A stretch of 64,000 nucleotides of DNA from Candidatus Poribacteria bacterium (GTDB lineage: Bacteria > Poribacteria > WGA-4E > WGA-3G), in the NCBI GenBank assembly GCA_028820845.1, contig JAPPII010000119.1, forward strand, positions 1,228 to 65,227, read 5' to 3'. The translations under genes were made by a program, and so were the position numbers. Shown piece by piece: positions 35,253-44,593 of the stretch. Position 1 is the stretch's first letter. Every line of letters starts with the position of its first letter. Under the pieces are notes generated by a model. The model saw only the letters and a program-made list of their open reading frames with translations, did not search any database and was not told where the DNA came from.

Positions 35253-37310
35253 ATGGGAAAGCAACGCTCAAAAGGCAGACAAGCAGACGGCACTGCTCTC
35301 ATCAAAAGAGATCCTTTGTTAAAACCGTACGCTGAACAACTACGCCAACGGTTCATGCACTATCAACGTCTCAGAAGGAAGATAGAAGAAACTGGCGGCT
35401 TATTAGGTGAAATAAGCCAAGGACACCACTATTTCGGCTTCAATCGCGGAGAAAACGACGGCGAAAACGGGGTCTGGTACCGTGAATGGGCACCGAACGC
35501 GCAGGCACTTTCACTCATTGGCGATTTTAACGGCTGGGATCGCGCTGCAAACCCGATGTCCATTGATGAATGGGGAGTCTGGCATCTCTTCCTACCCGAC
35601 AAACACTATGCTGAACGACTCTCACATGGAAGTAAAATTAAGGTACATGTCGTATCAGCACTCGGTGGACTCGATCGAATCCCGGCTTATGTTCAGCGCG
35701 TCATTCAGGAAGACGATGCCGACTTCAGCGGACAGTATTGGACACCATCGTATCCGTATCAGTGGAAATACCAAGCCCCTGATTTTAATGCCGAAACTGA
35801 AGGATTGCGAATTTACGAAGCACACGTCGGCATGGCGCAAGAAGCGGAAAAAGTCGGCACATTCGCTGAGTTCAGAGAAAATGTCCTCCCCCGAATCGCT
35901 GACTTAGGCTATAACGCCGTTCAACTAATGGCGGTGATGGAACATCCCTATTATGCGAGTTTCGGGTATCACGTGAGTAACTTCTTCGCTGTCTCAAGCC
36001 GTTTCGGAACGCCAGAGGAACTCAAAGCGCTTGTTGATACAGCGCATAGCATGGGATTGCTGGTTATCATGGATTTGGTGCAGAGCCACGCCATTAAAAA
36101 TCTTAACGAAGGGCTGAATCACTTTGACGGCACGGCACATCACTACTTCCACGCCGGTGAGAAAGGCGAACATAGCGCATGGGACTCGCGGTGTTTCGAT
36201 TACGACAAATACGAGGTGCAGCGTTTTCTTCTTAGCAACATCCGCTATTGGCTGGAGACCTATCGATTTGATGGGTTCAGGTTCGACGGCATCACGAGTA
36301 TGCTCTATAGCGACCACGGACTTGGACGGGTGTTCGCTGGATACGCTGATTACTTTGATAGCCGAGTTGAATTGGATGCCATTGTCTACCTGATGTTAGC
36401 AAACGAAGTCCTCCACACCGTCAACCCTGCTGCGATTTCGATCGCTGAGGACATGAGTGGAATGCCCGGTCTCGCGCGCCCCATTGAAGAAGGCGGACTC
36501 GGCTTCGACTACCGCCTCGCAATGGGAATTCCAGATTATTGGATTCAGTTGTTAAAGGAAAAAGAGGATGAAGACTGGCACATCGGTGAGATTTACGGTA
36601 TGTTACGCAACCGCCGTACAGGTGAAAAACACATCGCTTACGTCGAAAGCCACGATCAGAGCATCGTCGGCGACAAAACGCTTGCTACCCAACTCATGGA
36701 TACTGAACTCTACACGAACATGAGTATTTTCACGACAAGCCTCGTGGTTGCAAGGGGAATCGCGCTCCACAAACTCATCCGCCTTCTGACGTTCAGCTTG
36801 GGTGGTGAGGGATACCTTAACTTTATGGGAAATGAATTTGGACACCCTGAATGGATCGACTTTCCGCGCGCAGGCAATAATAACTCCTACTGGTATGCGC
36901 GCAGGCAGTGGCAACTCCTCGACGATGAAGCACTCCGATACAAGCATCTCAACGCTTTTGACCGCGCGATGCAGCACCTTGATATAGTACACCATCTGCT
37001 TGCTGAAGAAGGCATTCATCTCTTATTTATCCACGAAGAGGCAAAACAGATTGCCTACGAGCGAAGCGGACTTGTCTTTGCCTTCAACTTTCATCCGACG
37101 GCATCCGTTACAGATTGGCGTATTCCAGTGCCGCAGCGGGCAGATTACCGCCTCATTCTGAACACCGATGATATTGCTTACGGCGGCCACGGTGCCGTAG
37201 AGGGTGTCCATTACCCGTGGCAAGATGTAGCGATGGCGGGGCAGACGCAATCTATTCAGATTTATGTGCCTGCCCGGAGTGCGTTGGTGTTAGTGTCTAA
37301 GCAACACTAG
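35253..37310 (+). CDS. glgB: 1,4-alpha-glucan branching enzyme, eukaryote-like GH13 type
   Basis: DGFRFDGITSMLY, GNEFGHPEWIDFPR, ESHDQSIVGDKT and N-terminal GVWYREWAPNA are typical of GBE1-type branching enzymes. Confidence 0.9.
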   Translation: MGKQRSKGRQADGTALIKRDPLLKPYAEQLRQRFMHYQRLRRKIEETGGLLGEISQGHHYFGFNRGENDGENGVWYREWAPNAQALSLIGDFNGWDRAANPMSIDEWGVWHLFLPDKHYAERLSHGSKIKVHVVSALGGLDRIPAYVQRVIQEDDADFSGQYWTPSYPYQWKYQAPDFNAETEGLRIYEAHVGMAQEAEKVGTFAEFRENVLPRIADLGYNAVQLMAVMEHPYYASFGYHVSNFFAVSSRFGTPEELKALVDTAHSMGLLVIMDLVQSHAIKNLNEGLNHFDGTAHHYFHAGEKGEHSAWDSRCFDYDKYEVQRFLLSNIRYWLETYRFDGFRFDGITSMLYSDHGLGRVFAGYADYFDSRVELDAIVYLMLANEVLHTVNPAAISIAEDMSGMPGLARPIEEGGLGFDYRLAMGIPDYWIQLLKEKEDEDWHIGEIYGMLRNRRTGEKHIAYVESHDQSIVGDKTLATQLMDTELYTNMSIFTTSLVVARGIALHKLIRLLTFSLGGEGYLNFMGNEFGHPEWIDFPRAGNNNSYWYARRQWQLLDDEALRYKHLNAFDRAMQHLDIVHHLLAEEGIHLLFIHEEAKQIAYERSGLVFAFNFHPTASVTDWRIPVPQRADYRLILNTDDIAYGGHGAVEGVHYPWQDVAMAGQTQSIQIYVPARSALVLVSKQH

Positions 37311-37352
37311 AATTAAAAACACTACATGACTACTTAGGAGGTTCCACATAAA

Positions 37353-37589
37353 ATGGATAAGAAAATTGATCTTTGTAGTACAGAAATGAATGAAGTAGTT
37401 AAGGAAGTTCGCGAAATGCGGATGAAAATTTCAGAAAAATGCGGACATGATCTCAATCGGTTAATTGCTCATTACCAAGAGGTAGGGAAAAGATTAAGGA
37501 AAACAGGTAAGTATAAGTTTGTTGATCCGAAACCGGCAGCCGAGAAGCCTGAGCCTACAGAATCGACGCGTGGTGAAGCTGCAGATTAA
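37353..37589 (+). CDS. Small hypothetical protein (78 aa)
   Basis: Strong SD AGGAGG 8 nt before the ATG. Charged helical sequence, no family recognised. Confidence 0.55.
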   Translation: MDKKIDLCSTEMNEVVKEVREMRMKISEKCGHDLNRLIAHYQEVGKRLRKTGKYKFVDPKPAAEKPEPTESTRGEAAD

Positions 37590-37701
37590 GACGTAGTATG
37601 ACCTTAGCCCGAATACGTGCCGTATGGACGGTGTTTTCCTCTTCGGAAAAATAGGGACAGCCAACCGTGACCTCTACCACCACGATATGTCTATGTTGGA
37701 T

Positions 37702-37730
37702 TGCTGGAGCCAGACACTCCAGCATTTTTA
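37702..37730 (+). terminator. Rho-independent terminator after glgB/small ORF
   Basis: TGCTGGAG CCAGACA CTCCAGCA followed by TTTTTA. Confidence 0.6.
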
Positions 37731-37804
37731 ATGTCTTTTTCGGGAGAGGCGCGCTACTGGTACTATAACCCCACCTGCTGAGCGCGCTAAATTAACCCAT
37801 CTTA

Positions 37805-38641
37805 TCACGTCGTGTTATTCTCTAATGAATACTCACGGTTGCCGCCAGGACCCCCGCCAATCGCCCATGTGCCACGGAATAACGATTGGCGTTTCGGCGG
37901 CATGGTTTCAATAACCTCATGGCTCAGGTTCAGCCGGTGCCATTGTGCCCAGATGGAGTTGTAGCAATTAAAGACAGCACAGCGTGGATTCGACGGATTC
38001 GTCCAGTCGTTCGCGGCATGGACGAGGCTCTCGGTAAAGATAACAACAGAACCCGGTGGGCAGCTATAGTCGTCCATCATCTCGCGCATATTCGCTTCCC
38101 ACGGCGATTCACCGATGTTCGGACGATACGGATCGGGACCGCCATAGTTGAAGTGTGCCTTATGCGATCCGCTGAGAAAAGAGGTAGCACCCTGTCCTGA
38201 TTTGACTTCTTCAAGTTCCCAGACGACGCGCGTCAATCCCGCAAAGATTTTGCCACCGGCGACCTGATAGCGCATCGCATTCGCCTGTTGGGGCGGACGG
38301 ACGACGTGTGGCAGACCGTTATCGCCACGTTCGGATACGCCCCAGCCGGGCGGTCTGACAGTCGTAAAAGACCCTTCACACCGAAATCCATAGCAATCAT
38401 CTCTAACAAACGGATCTTCGGACAAAATCTCGTTTAGGATTCCAACAATTGCCGGATGGTCAAGCAAGGTCTGTAAGGCACCTTGATAACTCTGTCTGGC
38501 ACCCGCATAGACTTCTGCTTTCATCTCTTCTATCTCTGAATCCGACAATATTGAGGGTATCAGAATCCAGCCGCGAAGATCAAAGAAAAACTTCTGTTCC
38601 GGTGTCATCAGGACTGCAGTTTGGTTTGACATTTTTTTCAC
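37805..38641 (-). CDS. Phytanoyl-CoA dioxygenase (PhyH) family protein
   Basis: N-terminal TPEQKFFFDLRGWILIPSILSDSEIEEMK is typical of PhyH-like proteins. Start is GTG 38641 or ATG 38632. Confidence 0.7.
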   Translation of the reverse strand: MKKMSNQTAVLMTPEQKFFFDLRGWILIPSILSDSEIEEMKAEVYAGARQSYQGALQTLLDHPAIVGILNEILSEDPFVRDDCYGFRCEGSFTTVRPPGWGVSERGDNGLPHVVRPPQQANAMRYQVAGGKIFAGLTRVVWELEEVKSGQGATSFLSGSHKAHFNYGGPDPYRPNIGESPWEANMREMMDDYSCPPGSVVIFTESLVHAANDWTNPSNPRCAVFNCYNSIWAQWHRLNLSHEVIETMPPKRQSLFRGTWAIGGGPGGNREYSLENNTT

Positions 38642-38742
38642 CTTATTTTCTCCTTAAAAGTAGTAGATACGCTCCGCTGTGCCGTTCACTAAACCCCAAA
38701 AAACTTACTTGTTGTTACGGCATACGGCGTATGCGCACTACT

Positions 38743-40491
38743 TTATAACGCCTGTTTCAATCCAGGCAAGAAATAATTCGCAACGACAACCTCCCAACTC
38801 ATGCGGGAAGCGATGTCATAGCCTTCTCGGATCATATCCTCTACATCGCGAGGTTTACGCGGCAGCCGTCCAAGCAGTTTCGCAGCAATATCCCGACTAT
38901 TCTCCAACTCAATCGCATTCCGTTCCGTCAAGCCGATGTGCAGCACATCTTCTAACGATTCTGGGGGTATCCGCAGCTCCGTATAGTCGGCAATAACGAC
39001 ATTCGGCACCTCTTGCCCATCCGTCGCACGGTGAATGAAACCGCAACACCCACAGACATTACTCACAACACAGATCGCACCAAAACTCAACGGTTCTACC
39101 TGTGCGATCCCGAAAGGTTCATAAATGGATTGTCCAAATTCCGCATCGCTCCCTTTGCGGATGTCCATGAACTCCATCTCTGCGGGCATTCGCTTTCCAC
39201 ACGCCTCTTGGCTCCATCCGAACTGATTGACAAACACCACCTTAATTGCCTTAGACCGCAAATTGAACGCAGACACGCCGTTGTTTAACTCCACCTCGGC
39301 ACCCACGAGATCTGGATAGCCTATCTTGTGGTACACAGGCCAACCGTACTCTTGCTCCATTTCATGGATAGTCTCATACGGACGACCCGTTGCAATTTCT
39401 GTGGAGAGGATGAATAACACCGCCGTTTTATCGTTGGAGGCAAGCAAGGAATCCAGATGTGTAAGCACCTGTAAATCGCGCCATAAGCCTTTGCTTTTAA
39501 CCAAACGCGTTACGTGTGTAAAGACGTAATCTGGACGGTAGTCGAGCAGCGTCGTTGCATACTTTTGAAGCAGTGCCTTTGATTTTAATTTTTCCTGTAG
39601 GCTCACCTCAAACGCAGGAATGCCGTTGTAAACAAGGTTAATTGGGAAACCCTCAAACGGTTTCGCCAAAAACCGAAGTTCATCTACAACGAGGTCACCA
39701 ACGGCAAAAATAGCGTCACAGAGATGTGCTTTATCAATCAAGGCGTGCTTAAAATACCAAAATGGATCATCAAAAACATCATGAATCGCCTGTCCGTGCG
39801 CCTTCGCCTGTTTTAAAACGTTATAGAAACGGACATCGTGGCCCGGGTGTCCTTCAACAATAGGGCGGATTGTTGCAACTTCATGGGCGTAAAAGATGGT
39901 GCGCATGTTTTTCGCACTCGCATCGTTTTGCCGCGCAATAAGCGTTTTGAGCGCAAGCGGCATCCCCATAAATTCATGAGAAATAATGAATACCGGTGTC
40001 TCTGCCTGTCTACCGATAAGTGTCCGCAGCGCATCATAAGCAGGTTCCGCAAGACGGATATACTCCTCGAATTCCCACTCGCTCTCGTAACGGCTCGATT
40101 CAAGGTGGAAGTGTTCATAGAGTTGCCACTTGAATTGACTGGTCAAATCTTCATTGCTGCTTGATACATTCACCAAAATAACATCTGTAAGGGTTGTAAC
40201 TTTTTTATTTTTATCATCAAACCGCCGTTGCCCGTAGACAAGTTCAACGTGATACGTCTGCTCAATCCCACTGAGCGCATCGGCGTGCGGCGTGTCTTTT
40301 ATTCCATCGCTGGCGCGATAGAGTATCGTATCTAATTCTCCTAAATCTGCCCCTGGAAAGAGTGGACCCACGAGAAACGTACGCTCAACTGTAGCATTGT
40401 AACTATGGGTTGTCAACAACCCTTCCAAAACCGCCCCAATGCCTCCCATTTTTTGGATGGCTTCGTGTGTGGCGTGAACAACAATACTCAA
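38743..40491 (-). CDS. Glycogen synthase-like GT-B glycosyltransferase (GT3-like)
   Basis: N-terminal THEAIQKMGGIGAVLEGL resembles the E-x-x-x-K-V-GGI motif of GT3 glycogen synthases. C-terminal SIYEPFGIAQVEPLSFG is a GT-B signature. TTG start 40491 is supported by SD GAGG 7 nt upstream. Confidence 0.65.
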   Translation of the reverse strand: MSIVVHATHEAIQKMGGIGAVLEGLLTTHSYNATVERTFLVGPLFPGADLGELDTILYRASDGIKDTPHADALSGIEQTYHVELVYGQRRFDDKNKKVTTLTDVILVNVSSSNEDLTSQFKWQLYEHFHLESSRYESEWEFEEYIRLAEPAYDALRTLIGRQAETPVFIISHEFMGMPLALKTLIARQNDASAKNMRTIFYAHEVATIRPIVEGHPGHDVRFYNVLKQAKAHGQAIHDVFDDPFWYFKHALIDKAHLCDAIFAVGDLVVDELRFLAKPFEGFPINLVYNGIPAFEVSLQEKLKSKALLQKYATTLLDYRPDYVFTHVTRLVKSKGLWRDLQVLTHLDSLLASNDKTAVLFILSTEIATGRPYETIHEMEQEYGWPVYHKIGYPDLVGAEVELNNGVSAFNLRSKAIKVVFVNQFGWSQEACGKRMPAEMEFMDIRKGSDAEFGQSIYEPFGIAQVEPLSFGAICVVSNVCGCCGFIHRATDGQEVPNVVIADYTELRIPPESLEDVLHIGLTERNAIELENSRDIAAKLLGRLPRKPRDVEDMIREGYDIASRMSWEVVVANYFLPGLKQAL

Positions 40492-40573
40492 ATTTTTACC
40501 TCACTTCGTGTCTTTATTTATCGAGATTCGCGCTTATCATTTAAGATTCCGATCCGACGCTATAACAATTTTT

Positions 40574-40603
40574 AAATTACCATGTGTCTGAGTAAACTGT
40601 CAA
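40574..40603 (-). promoter_or_regulatory. Putative promoter of the glycogen synthase-like gene
   Basis: Minus strand reads TTGACA-18 nt-TAATTT. Confidence 0.4.
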
Positions 40604-40717
40604 GGTATTTTCAAAATACGCGGTTGCAGGACAGGTTCGCCCCATTACCGTCCTCAATGATATTCGTCTGGGTACAATCCGCAATCTTTTTGCTGGTGCG
40701 ATCTGAGATTTTTGTTC

Positions 40718-40746
40718 TTGACAACCCCACCAAAAGCAACTATAAT
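40718..40746 (+). promoter_or_regulatory. Consensus sigma70-type promoter of the wHTH-glgP operon
   Basis: TTGACA-17 nt-TATAAT (perfect hexamers). Confidence 0.6.
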
Positions 40747-40751
40747 ATAAT

Positions 40752-40878
40752 AGTAGTCGGTTGTCAGCCATCAGTCATCAGTTAAGAGATTTAGATGTAA
40801 CAATTTACCCCTTCGTTGCGTACCCAAAGTTTAGGAAGATTGTTACAAACCGCTCTTAACTAACAACCGATAACTACT
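40752..40878. repeat. Long imperfect hairpin built from heptamer-type arms in the 5' UTR of the wHTH-glgP operon
   Basis: AGTAGTCGGTTGT...CAGTTAAGAG (40752-40788) pairs with CTCTTAACTAACAACCGATAACTACT (40853-40878). Inner pair TGTAACAAT/ATTGTTACA. Confidence 0.7.
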
Positions 40879-40899
40879 TATAATCTTTCGGAGGTAAAG

Positions 40900-41124
40900 A
40901 TGTTAGATAATATTGGACACATTGCCGGCACCATCTGGCACTATCTTGAGGAAAATAACGAAGCCACTGTTACAAAAATAACCCGAGAAATCGGGGAAAC
41001 TGAACGTTCAGTCCTGATGGGAGTCGGTTGGCTCGCTCGCGAAGGAAAATTAGATTTCGAGAAACGAAAACAAGGCACTTACATCACACTCAAAACACAA
41101 CAATCAGACGCAGATGTTGCATAG
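40900..41124 (+). CDS. Small winged-helix protein (DUF2582-like)
   Basis: IAGTIWHYLEENNEATVTKITREIGETERSVLMGVGWLAREGKL is a wHTH pattern. SD GGAGG. Confidence 0.7.
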   Translation: MLDNIGHIAGTIWHYLEENNEATVTKITREIGETERSVLMGVGWLAREGKLDFEKRKQGTYITLKTQQSDADVA

Positions 41125-41148
41125 ATTTCGGAAGGAGCACGGAACTAA

Positions 41149-43776
41149 ATGAAGCCACTTCGTCAATTAACAGTGGTCCCTACGCTACCGCCGAATCTCG
41201 AACCTCTGCGTGAGCTCGCTCTAAATTTATGGTGGACTTGGGATCGTGAAGCCCTCGATCTCTTCCGCTATCTTGACGCTGGGTTGTGGGAAAAAACTTA
41301 CCACAACCCAGTCGCAATGCTTGGACAGATTTCCCAAGAGCAGTTGGATGAAGCATCAAAAAACAGCATGTTTCTTGCTCGGTTTGAGGTCATCCACAAG
41401 AAGTTCAAAGAATACCATCAAACATCTTCATGGTTTGAAACAAATTACAGTGATGATACGCTCGAAAACCTGAAAATTGCTTATTTTTCTATGGAATATG
41501 GGTTAACAGAGTGTATGCCGCTCTATTCCGGTGGCTTAGGGGTCTTAGCGGGTGATCACCTGAAATCTACAAGCTATCTCGGATTGCCTTTCGTTGCAGT
41601 TGGTCTCCTCTATCAACACGGCTACTTCCGCCAAACGCTTACCGCAGACGGGTGGCAGATGGCTGATTACCCGACAAACGACTTCTATAATATGCCCATC
41701 CGACCGGAGAAACGTCTGGATGGAAGCCCACTCCTCATAGAAGTCTCATATCCAGAAGGGACTGCCGTCGCTAAGGTTTGGCGTGCCCAAGTCGGACGTG
41801 TTTCGTTATATCTCCTTGATACCAACATCCCAGAAAACCAGAGCGAGGAATTACGGAATATCACTGATTACCTGTATGGTGGCGACGAACGCCTCCGCAT
41901 CAAGCAGGAAATTCTACTCGGGATCGGTGGATATCGTGCCTTAACCGCTCTCGGCATCCAACCCACCGTCTGCCACATGAATGAAGGACATGCAGCCTTC
42001 CTCGCAATTGAGCGGATCCGGCAGTTGATGCAGAGCACTGGCATCCGTTTTGAAGAAGCCTGCGAAGCCACGAAAGCCGGAAATATATTCACAACCCATA
42101 CACCTGTTCCTGCTGGCATTGACTGGTTTCCACCGGATTTGGTGAATTACTATTTCAGCAACTCCTACGACGAGCTCGGCGTTTCTGCTGAAACTTTTCT
42201 CGGCCTCGGCAGAGCTAACCCAACCAACACCAACAGTGAATTCAGTCCCGCGCTCCTCGCACTCAGGCTATCGGCAATGCGTAATGGTGTGAGCCAACTG
42301 CATGGAGATGTCTCCCGCGATATGTGGAAAAACCTTTGGCAAGGCATTCCTGCCCATGAGATACCTATCAGTGCGATTACCAACGGCATTCATACTCGGT
42401 CTTGGGTCTCCGATGATATGCAGGGGCTCTTCGACAGATACCTTGGACCCCACTGGATCGTTGAACTCACAAACCAAGCCGTTTGGACGCAAATCTCAAA
42501 TATACCTGATCCCGAATTATGGCGCATACATGAACGCCGACGCGAACGTCTTATCACCTTCGCCCGTCAACGGCAAGAACAGAAACACACACTCGGTGGC
42601 ACTTTAGGGCGGAGCTCACAAGCCCAACTAACCCAATCTAACCGGAGAAAAGAAACTGATAGTGCAGCGATTAAAGTCCTTAATTCTGCTGCATTGACTA
42701 TCGGATTCGCACGCCGATTTGCGACCTACAAGCGCGCAACGCTACTCTTTCAAGACGTAGACCGACTCGACAAGATTTTGAATCATCCTGAACGTCCCGT
42801 ACAACTCATTTTTGCTGGGAAAGCGCATCCGCACGACTATGAGGGGAAACTACTCATTCAGCGTATCGCTCGTATCGCAGCAGAACCCCGCTTTTATCAT
42901 AAAATCGTCTTCGTTGAGAACTACGACATTTGCGTTGGACGTTATCTCGTTGAAGGTGTCGATGTCTGGTTAAACAACCCGCTACGTCCCAACGAAGCAA
43001 GTGGCACCAGCGGTATGAAAGCCGCCGCAAACGGCGCACTCAATTTGAGTATCGCAGACGGTTGGTGGGCAGAAGCAAACCACTTAGGCGGCGGATGGAC
43101 AATCGATACCGGAACGGCTTCAGACGATACAAAATCCAATGACGAAGTACATGCCAACGCTATTTATGAACTCCTTGAAAAAGAGATTGTCCCGCTCTTT
43201 TACGAGCGTAGTGCTGTTGATGATGTCCCTTATCAGTGGGTCGCACGCATGAAAACCGCAATGCAGAATCTCGCACCCATTTTCAACACGAAACGGATGG
43301 TAACCGAGTACGCCGAGCAGTTATACTTCCCAACGCACCAGCGCTGGTCGGAACTCAACGAAAACGAAGCAAAACGTAGCATCGCCTTAGCGCACTGGAA
43401 AAGCCACATTCAGGACCATTGGGGGAACCTCTGGATTGAGGAAAAATCCCCGAATAGCACATCGCTTACACTTCAAAATCTTGAATTAGGTGTGGGTGAA
43501 TCCACAACAGTGGAGGCAATCATACACACCGATGTCTTATTTCCACATGAACTTGCTGTCCAAATTTATCACGGCGTGTTAGATACCACCGGCGAAATTC
43601 ACAACGGCAACGCTACACCCATGGAATATAAGGCGGATCTTGGGGGTGGTGCTTATCTCTTTGAAGGAACGCTTACCTTGAAACAGACCGGATTGCACGG
43701 CTACACCGTGCGCGCCTTACCCTATCATGAAGATCTGGAATCGCTCTCTGAACTCGGTCTTATAACGTGGGCATAA
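41149..43776 (+). CDS. glgP: Alpha-glucan phosphorylase (GT35, DUF3417 N-terminal type)
   Basis: LRELALNLWWTWD (DUF3417 hallmark) and the PLP site EASGTSGMKAAANGALNLS. SD GGAAGGAG. Confidence 0.9.
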   Translation: MKPLRQLTVVPTLPPNLEPLRELALNLWWTWDREALDLFRYLDAGLWEKTYHNPVAMLGQISQEQLDEASKNSMFLARFEVIHKKFKEYHQTSSWFETNYSDDTLENLKIAYFSMEYGLTECMPLYSGGLGVLAGDHLKSTSYLGLPFVAVGLLYQHGYFRQTLTADGWQMADYPTNDFYNMPIRPEKRLDGSPLLIEVSYPEGTAVAKVWRAQVGRVSLYLLDTNIPENQSEELRNITDYLYGGDERLRIKQEILLGIGGYRALTALGIQPTVCHMNEGHAAFLAIERIRQLMQSTGIRFEEACEATKAGNIFTTHTPVPAGIDWFPPDLVNYYFSNSYDELGVSAETFLGLGRANPTNTNSEFSPALLALRLSAMRNGVSQLHGDVSRDMWKNLWQGIPAHEIPISAITNGIHTRSWVSDDMQGLFDRYLGPHWIVELTNQAVWTQISNIPDPELWRIHERRRERLITFARQRQEQKHTLGGTLGRSSQAQLTQSNRRKETDSAAIKVLNSAALTIGFARRFATYKRATLLFQDVDRLDKILNHPERPVQLIFAGKAHPHDYEGKLLIQRIARIAAEPRFYHKIVFVENYDICVGRYLVEGVDVWLNNPLRPNEASGTSGMKAAANGALNLSIADGWWAEANHLGGGWTIDTGTASDDTKSNDEVHANAIYELLEKEIVPLFYERSAVDDVPYQWVARMKTAMQNLAPIFNTKRMVTEYAEQLYFPTHQRWSELNENEAKRSIALAHWKSHIQDHWGNLWIEEKSPNSTSLTLQNLELGVGESTTVEAIIHTDVLFPHELAVQIYHGVLDTTGEIHNGNATPMEYKADLGGGAYLFEGTLTLKQTGLHGYTVRALPYHEDLESLSELGLITWA

Positions 43777-43787
43777 CTATAGTAATT

Positions 43788-43892
43788 GGCTGTCAGCAGT
43801 CGGAAACCGTTAGCGGTTCGCTTAGCAGTTGAGAACGTTTGTAATCCACCAATGCTCTCTTGACTCATTGCTGATGGCTAAAGGCTGAAAGC
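43788..43892. repeat. Heptamer-type CAGC-rich arms in partial inverted arrangement
   Basis: GGCTGTCAGCAGTCGG...TTAGCGGTTCGCTTAGCAGTTGAG versus CATTGCTGATGGCTAAAGGCTGAAAGC. Confidence 0.6.
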
Positions 43893-43900
43893 TATAAAAA

Positions 43901-44488
43901 ATGGACAGAACAGCAGAAATTGCGCGTGAAACAGCAGAAACCCAGATCCAACTTCGCCTGAACCTCGACGGAACGGGCACCTCCACTATTAGCACGGGTG
44001 TTGGATTCCTCGATCACATGTTGGAGCTCTTCGCCAAGCACGGCTTCTTCGACTTGGAGATCGAAGCAAAGGGAGACCTACACGTAGACGCACACCATAC
44101 CACCGAAGATGTCGGTATCTGTTTAGGACAAGCCGTCCAAAAAGCCGTCCTTGACAAAGCAGGCATGCGACGCTTCGGCAGCTTCGCTGTCCCGATGTAT
44201 GAATCCCTTGCCAAAGTAGACCTTGACGTTTGTGGGCGACCCTACTTACATTATGAAACACCGCTTCGTGACGCGAAGGTCGGCGATTTCGATGTTGAAC
44301 TTGCAGAGGAATTTTTTCACGGATTCGCCAACCACAGCGGCACAACCCTACACATCAACGTCCCTTACGGTACAAACCAACACCATATCATCGAAGCGAT
44401 TTTCAAAGCTGTAGCGAAAGCCTTGCACATCGCTACACGTCTCGATGCGTCCATCACCGGTGTGCTATCCACTAAGGGGAGTTTATAG
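43901..44488 (+). CDS. hisB: Imidazoleglycerol-phosphate dehydratase
   Basis: RETAETQIQL, TGVGFLDHMLELFAKHG, HHTTEDVGICLG, HHIIEAIFKAVA. Confidence 0.95.
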   Translation: MDRTAEIARETAETQIQLRLNLDGTGTSTISTGVGFLDHMLELFAKHGFFDLEIEAKGDLHVDAHHTTEDVGICLGQAVQKAVLDKAGMRRFGSFAVPMYESLAKVDLDVCGRPYLHYETPLRDAKVGDFDVELAEEFFHGFANHSGTTLHINVPYGTNQHHIIEAIFKAVAKALHIATRLDASITGVLSTKGSL

Positions 44489-44593
44489 TAAAGCGAAGTA
44501 AAGATATTAAATAGGGCAACCACAAGGGGTGCTCCTACAGACGTTACGCAGCAACCCATACTGATGACTAATAACTCTTGAAAGGAAACGCTT

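Noticed and set aside
40577-40785. Two 64-67-aa ORFs in the glycogen synthase / wHTH intergenic region
   Set aside because: They overlap two divergent promoters and the heptamer-arm hairpin. They lack SDs and have odd composition.
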